DNA of 64,000 nucleotides from Saccostrea echinata. Taxonomy: Eukaryota. How positions within the stretch are numbered: position 1 is the first letter of the stretch; each line of letters opens with the position of its first letter. The notes beneath the pieces are model-generated. The model worked only from the letters and a program-made list of their open reading frames with translations. It made no database searches and was not told the DNA's origin. Both the position numbers and the translations under genes were made by a program. The stretch spans positions 3,534,001 through 3,598,000 of the forward strand of contig NW_026889750.1 of assembly GCF_033153115.1 (NCBI RefSeq), written 5' to 3'. Positions 60,289 through 64,000 of this stretch are shown here, one piece after another.

Positions 60289-63112
60289 ATGAAAAAATCA
60301 ATCAGTATGAAGTTAATCGAGATCTATTTGATACTTGCACTTATTGTTATCACATATTCATCTGCCATTCCTAAACCCGGTGAAGACAAGAAGAACAGAG
60401 TTCATGAACAGGTAGGCCTTTGTAAAATTGATCATGTACTTAAAGATACTTTTTCAAACAAAAAAATTATTACATTTTTTTGGTGTCATGTGCAGTTTTG
60501 ATTCAGAGAATTGAAATCAGATTTGAATATTCACCACGGTGTGAAATACATGTATTGCTAAAGGCAAATACTTCTAAAGGAGATTTAGATTTGAGTTGAT
60601 GATAAAGTATGTAAAAGAATGCAAATTTTACTGATGCTAGATTTTCTTCTTTTACAAATCTTTTGATTATATCTGGTATTAAAAGAAATAGCTGAGAAAT
60701 ATTGATGGATTTGCAAGTGTGTTTTACAGTTTATAACTGTTTAATGCTTTAGTACTTTTACTAATTCACGTTGAAGACCTAGATCAAGTAAACTAGTGAA
60801 CTGCAATATAATTTTGTTCTTGCATATTCAGATAATATTTCTGTGTTTGCTATAGATGAATACCATTGTTTGTAAAATTTTCAGAAATTGAGTGAAGCTG
60901 AGCATGAACACGAAGGTGAACACAATCCAGATTATGACCATGAAGCCTTCCTTGGCAAGGACGAGGCCAAAACGTTCGATCAGCTGACACCAGAGGAAAG
61001 CAAGGAGAGATTAGGGTAGGGGGAAAACATACGCATTGTTACAGAATCTTTATATAGATTGGTACGGTGTGGTGACCCCATAAGTTTCCCACCCATTGAT
61101 ACAACTTGAATTTATCATATGGAGTTTAAAGGGAGAGAAAACATTGATTATCAGAGATGAATAGCAATCTTTCTAATTGATAAAAAAATGTGTAAATAAG
61201 GAAATCTGTGGGTTATACAAACAGATTGCTAGTTTGTGATTCATGCAAGCATTTATTATATATATAAATGAAGTTTATGCAGTATATGAAGTGTGATCAT
61301 TAGGTAAAAACATTAAAATTAGTCACACTTTCTTTGTTAAATTCCGAATTAATTTACCACCAGATCAGATACGGATGAGATGCACATAAAGTAATTACTT
61401 GTACTGTTCCTGAGTAAGCTTATCCTGTAAAAAAAATCAAAATGAAATCAATCTTTCTTATCGTCGTGCTTTATTGCTGTAGAATTATAGTTGGGAAGAT
61501 AGACAAGGATGGAGATGGGAAGATCACAGAGCAGGAACTGAGGGATTGGATTCAGTACGTCCAGAAACGTTACATCATCACAGACACAGACAGGATGTGG
61601 AAGGACCACGATGTGGAGTCAGATAAACTCTCCTGGTCTTCTTATAAAAAGAGAACATATGGATCAGAAGATGGTAGGTGTTTACACCATATCACGTTAT
61701 GTTTATTTTATATCAACATGATGATTGTTGAGATATGCTTTAAGAATTTCATGGTTGGCTATAGAACATTAATTTACAGTGTTTAATTTTTTTACATATA
61801 CCCCCCCCTCCCCCCCCCCCCCCCCCAAAAAAAAAAGAGTCTATGAAAAGAACACACTTAAATTGAAATTTCAGTTGATACCAGGTTTATAAGAGTAGTA
61901 TTAACACTACCATAACACTTGTAATCAGTATGCATTTGAATGGGTTTTTTTCTCAACCAACAAAAATCAGGCTTCCTGATGTTGGTTCCTAGCCTTTTAT
62001 CTGTACGACATTTGAATTGATAAGAGACATCCCTTTTTTGACAGATCCTACTGATGAAGATTCCTCCACATTCAGCTACAAGGACATGATTGAGAGGGAT
62101 GAGAGGAGATGGAAGGCAGCAGATAAAGACGGGGATGGCTACCTCAATAAGGAGGAGTTTGCCGACTTCCTTCACCCTGAGGAGGCCGAACATATGAGAG
62201 ATATTGTTGTCAAGGTAATTATTTGTTTATCCTTTTTTTTTCCCCTCAGATTTATGAATATACATTTAATGTATTTTTCAGTTTGTTTTTTTTTTTTTGT
62301 TTTTTTTTTTAACAGTTTTTTTTGAGATATGTTTTGTAAGTACCGGTAATGTTGTTTAATGACGATATTTTGTGGAAAAAATCTAATAAAAGAAATTGTT
62401 TACTTTTTAAAGGAAACAATGGAGGACATTGACAAAGATAAGGATGGATTTATCAGTTTAGAAGAGTATATAGGTAAACATTTATTTTCAATTTTAATTT
62501 GAATAAATAAATTAATATTATCTAATCTTAAAAATAAAATTTTCAGTAGACGGTTTACCTTTTGGTCATTTAAGAAAAACTAGGAGAAAATTTACTTCTT
62601 GTTCACAATGTCCTGGCATTTGTTAGCTGATATTTATGACGAGGAAGATGATGACCCTGATACAGTCCAAGACGAGGAAAACCTCCATGCAGGGACCCCT
62701 GACTGGGTTCAAAGTGAGAAGGACCAGTTCATCAACCACAGGGACAAAAACATGGATGGCAAGCTGGACCAAGAGGAGGTCAAGGCCTGGGTCATCCCCG
62801 AGGATTATGACCACAGCTCGGCAGAAGCCTTGCACCTGGTTAATGCCTGCGACGATAACAAGGTGGGACATCATTTCATTATCATCCATTAATCGGAAGT
62901 TTTTGAAATTTTCAGGGGACATGTGGCCCGACAAAAATGAGGAGGAACCAGACTGGGTCAAAACTGAACGCGAAACGTTCGCTTCTCAAAGAGATAAAAA
63001 CGGAGATGGCAAAATGGATCTCGATGAAGTTAAAAATTGGATTATTCCCCCTGATTATGATCACTCTGAAGCTGAAGCTAAACACCTCATTAGCGAGTCA
63101 GATTCTAATAAG
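60289..63112 (+). CDS. CALU: CREC-family multi-EF-hand ER Ca2+-binding protein (calumenin-like), 3'-truncated; contains a duplicated alternative exon pair
   Basis: Exons 60289-60411 (signal peptide; alternative ATG 60307), 60885-61015 ([28 protein letters not shown]), 61483-61673, 62045-62214 ([15 protein letters not shown]...[15 protein letters not shown]), 62413-62473 ([20 protein letters not shown]), then 62627-62862 or 62916-63112. The last exon lies outside the window. Calumenin versus reticulocalbin assignment is not formally tested. Confidence 0.88.
62627..63112 (+). other. Tandem duplicated exon pair (A 62627-62862, B 62916-63112), probable mutually exclusive exons
   Basis: Both exons start in phase 1 and end in phase 0 (AAG|gt), encode homologous PDWV..E...F...RDKN.DGK.D..EVK.W.IP.DYDHS.AEA.HL....D.NK, and are separated by 53 nt. 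Confidence 0.85.
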
Positions 63113-63252
63113 GTGTGTACTCACTTTTGGCTCGGTTGGGGTATTATTGAAATTTATTGTGGATGTTTTTTTTTTATTATTTTTTACCTCCCTTTGATGG
63201 AGTTTGGTATTTCTCTTTTATTTATATCTCTTTTTCTAAAAACATTTACATA

Positions 63253-64000
63253 CATACCTGTCAACTCTCCCGATTTTTTCGGGAGTCTACCGATTTTGAA
63301 CCCATTCTACCGCTTGTCTACCGATATATTTTTTACCCCCAATTTCTACCGATTTTTAAGAAATCCGGAATTTTTACCGATTTCGCTTTGAATAATACCA
63401 TATTTCCTGTGAAAGAGAAGATGGCAGTTCATTGTTTATCGGTAGATACATGTTTATTGCCGCTGATAACAGGTAATCAACAAGGTGTCAACTGTGCTAT
63501 CAGTGATTACTGGGATTGTAATTGCTTCCGATTCTCATTAGCAGAGTTTAACAGAGACAGGCATGCCAGATGTGGAAATTTTAGAAATACACATTAGAAA
63601 AATGACAACGGGATACGAGGTAGTGACACTCTGCAGCAAAATATGACAATATACTAATAAACGGCTTATAAATGGAAATAAGTTTTAGAAATATGGCATT
63701 CCTTATTATAATCACGTACGAAGTTTTTAAGCATGGAAAATACACCACCAAAGCCAAAAAAGAAAAGATACGTCTGCAAGTACCTAAATTCTTGGGAAAA
63801 GGAAGCAGAATTCCAAGGTTGGCTAACAAAAAGTGTAAAAGGCGAAGATCATGCTTTCTGCAGATTGTGTATGAAAAATATAAAGATTGACCACGGTGGA
63901 AAAAATGATCTTATGAAGCATGTTTCATCAGCAGCTCATCAAAGCAGCAAAAAATCACAGAACGTCACAATGCCAATACAAAATTTCTTGACAACTTCAA
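63253..64000 (+). mobile_element. Left end of a probable autonomous hAT DNA transposon in the calumenin intron
   Basis: Terminus CATACCTGTCAACTCTCCCG followed by repeated (A/C)CCGAT subterminal motifs (63268-63382), then the transposase-like ORF. Confidence 0.68.
63733..64000 (+). CDS. N-terminus of a probable hAT transposase (TTF/BED-type zinc finger), runs off the window
   Basis: ORF from ATG 63733, absent from the supplied track because it has no stop in the window: MENTPPKPKKKRYVCKYLNSWEKEAEFQGWLTKSVKGEDHAFCRLCMKNIKIDHGGKNDLMKHVSSAAHQSSKK...; W..WL...AFCxxC...HxxxxxH pattern plus a basic NLS-like stretch. Confidence 0.75.
   Translation, partial: MENTPPKPKKKRYVCKYLNSWEKEAEFQGWLTKSVKGEDHAFCRLCMKNIKIDHGGKNDLMKHVSSAAHQSSKKSQNVTMPIQNFLTTS

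Noticed and set aside
987-63112. Non-canonical (U12, GC-AG) introns or recoding in the seven genes
   Set aside because: All junctions I reconstructed are GT-AG and frames are continuous without in-frame stops.
62636-63391. 251-aa ORF as a separate gene or read-through exon
   Set aside because: Chimeric: an off-frame reading of exon A, the 53-nt spacer, in-frame exon B and then intron/transposon sequence.

Overview
AT-rich, intron-containing animal genomic DNA. It is probably an oyster (Crassostrea/Magallana type), inferred from a 166-bp Cg170-like satellite inside a Helentron-type element and very frequent TACATGTA. Seven spliced genes were reconstructed by hand with GT-AG junctions and continuous frames: the 3' part of a glutaminase (+), a Ser-rich FAM167/AARD-like gene (+), PSMF1/PI31 (-), TRMT11 (+, head-to-head with PSMF1, ATGs 190 bp apart), EMC2 (-), DNALI1 (+), and a CREC-family calumenin-like gene (+, running off the window). 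Introns and intergenic DNA hold many non-autonomous transposons (hAT, Tc1/mariner, PIF, Kolobok, Helentron-with-satellite, long-hairpin Crypton-like). The notable items are: (1) a tandemly duplicated, frame-incompatible EF-hand exon pair 53 nt apart in the calumenin gene, i.e. probable mutually exclusive exons, followed by a hAT element with a transposase-like ORF; (2) a complete 359-bp miniature LTR retrotransposon whose LTRs contain tRNA-like sequence (PBS, PPT, 4-bp TSD), plus solo LTRs; (3) 26-40-bp TIR-only elements with 7-bp TSDs; (4) a 146-bp satellite array nested in a Helentron inside a Kolobok-like element. All coordinates were read by eye and no database searches were run.
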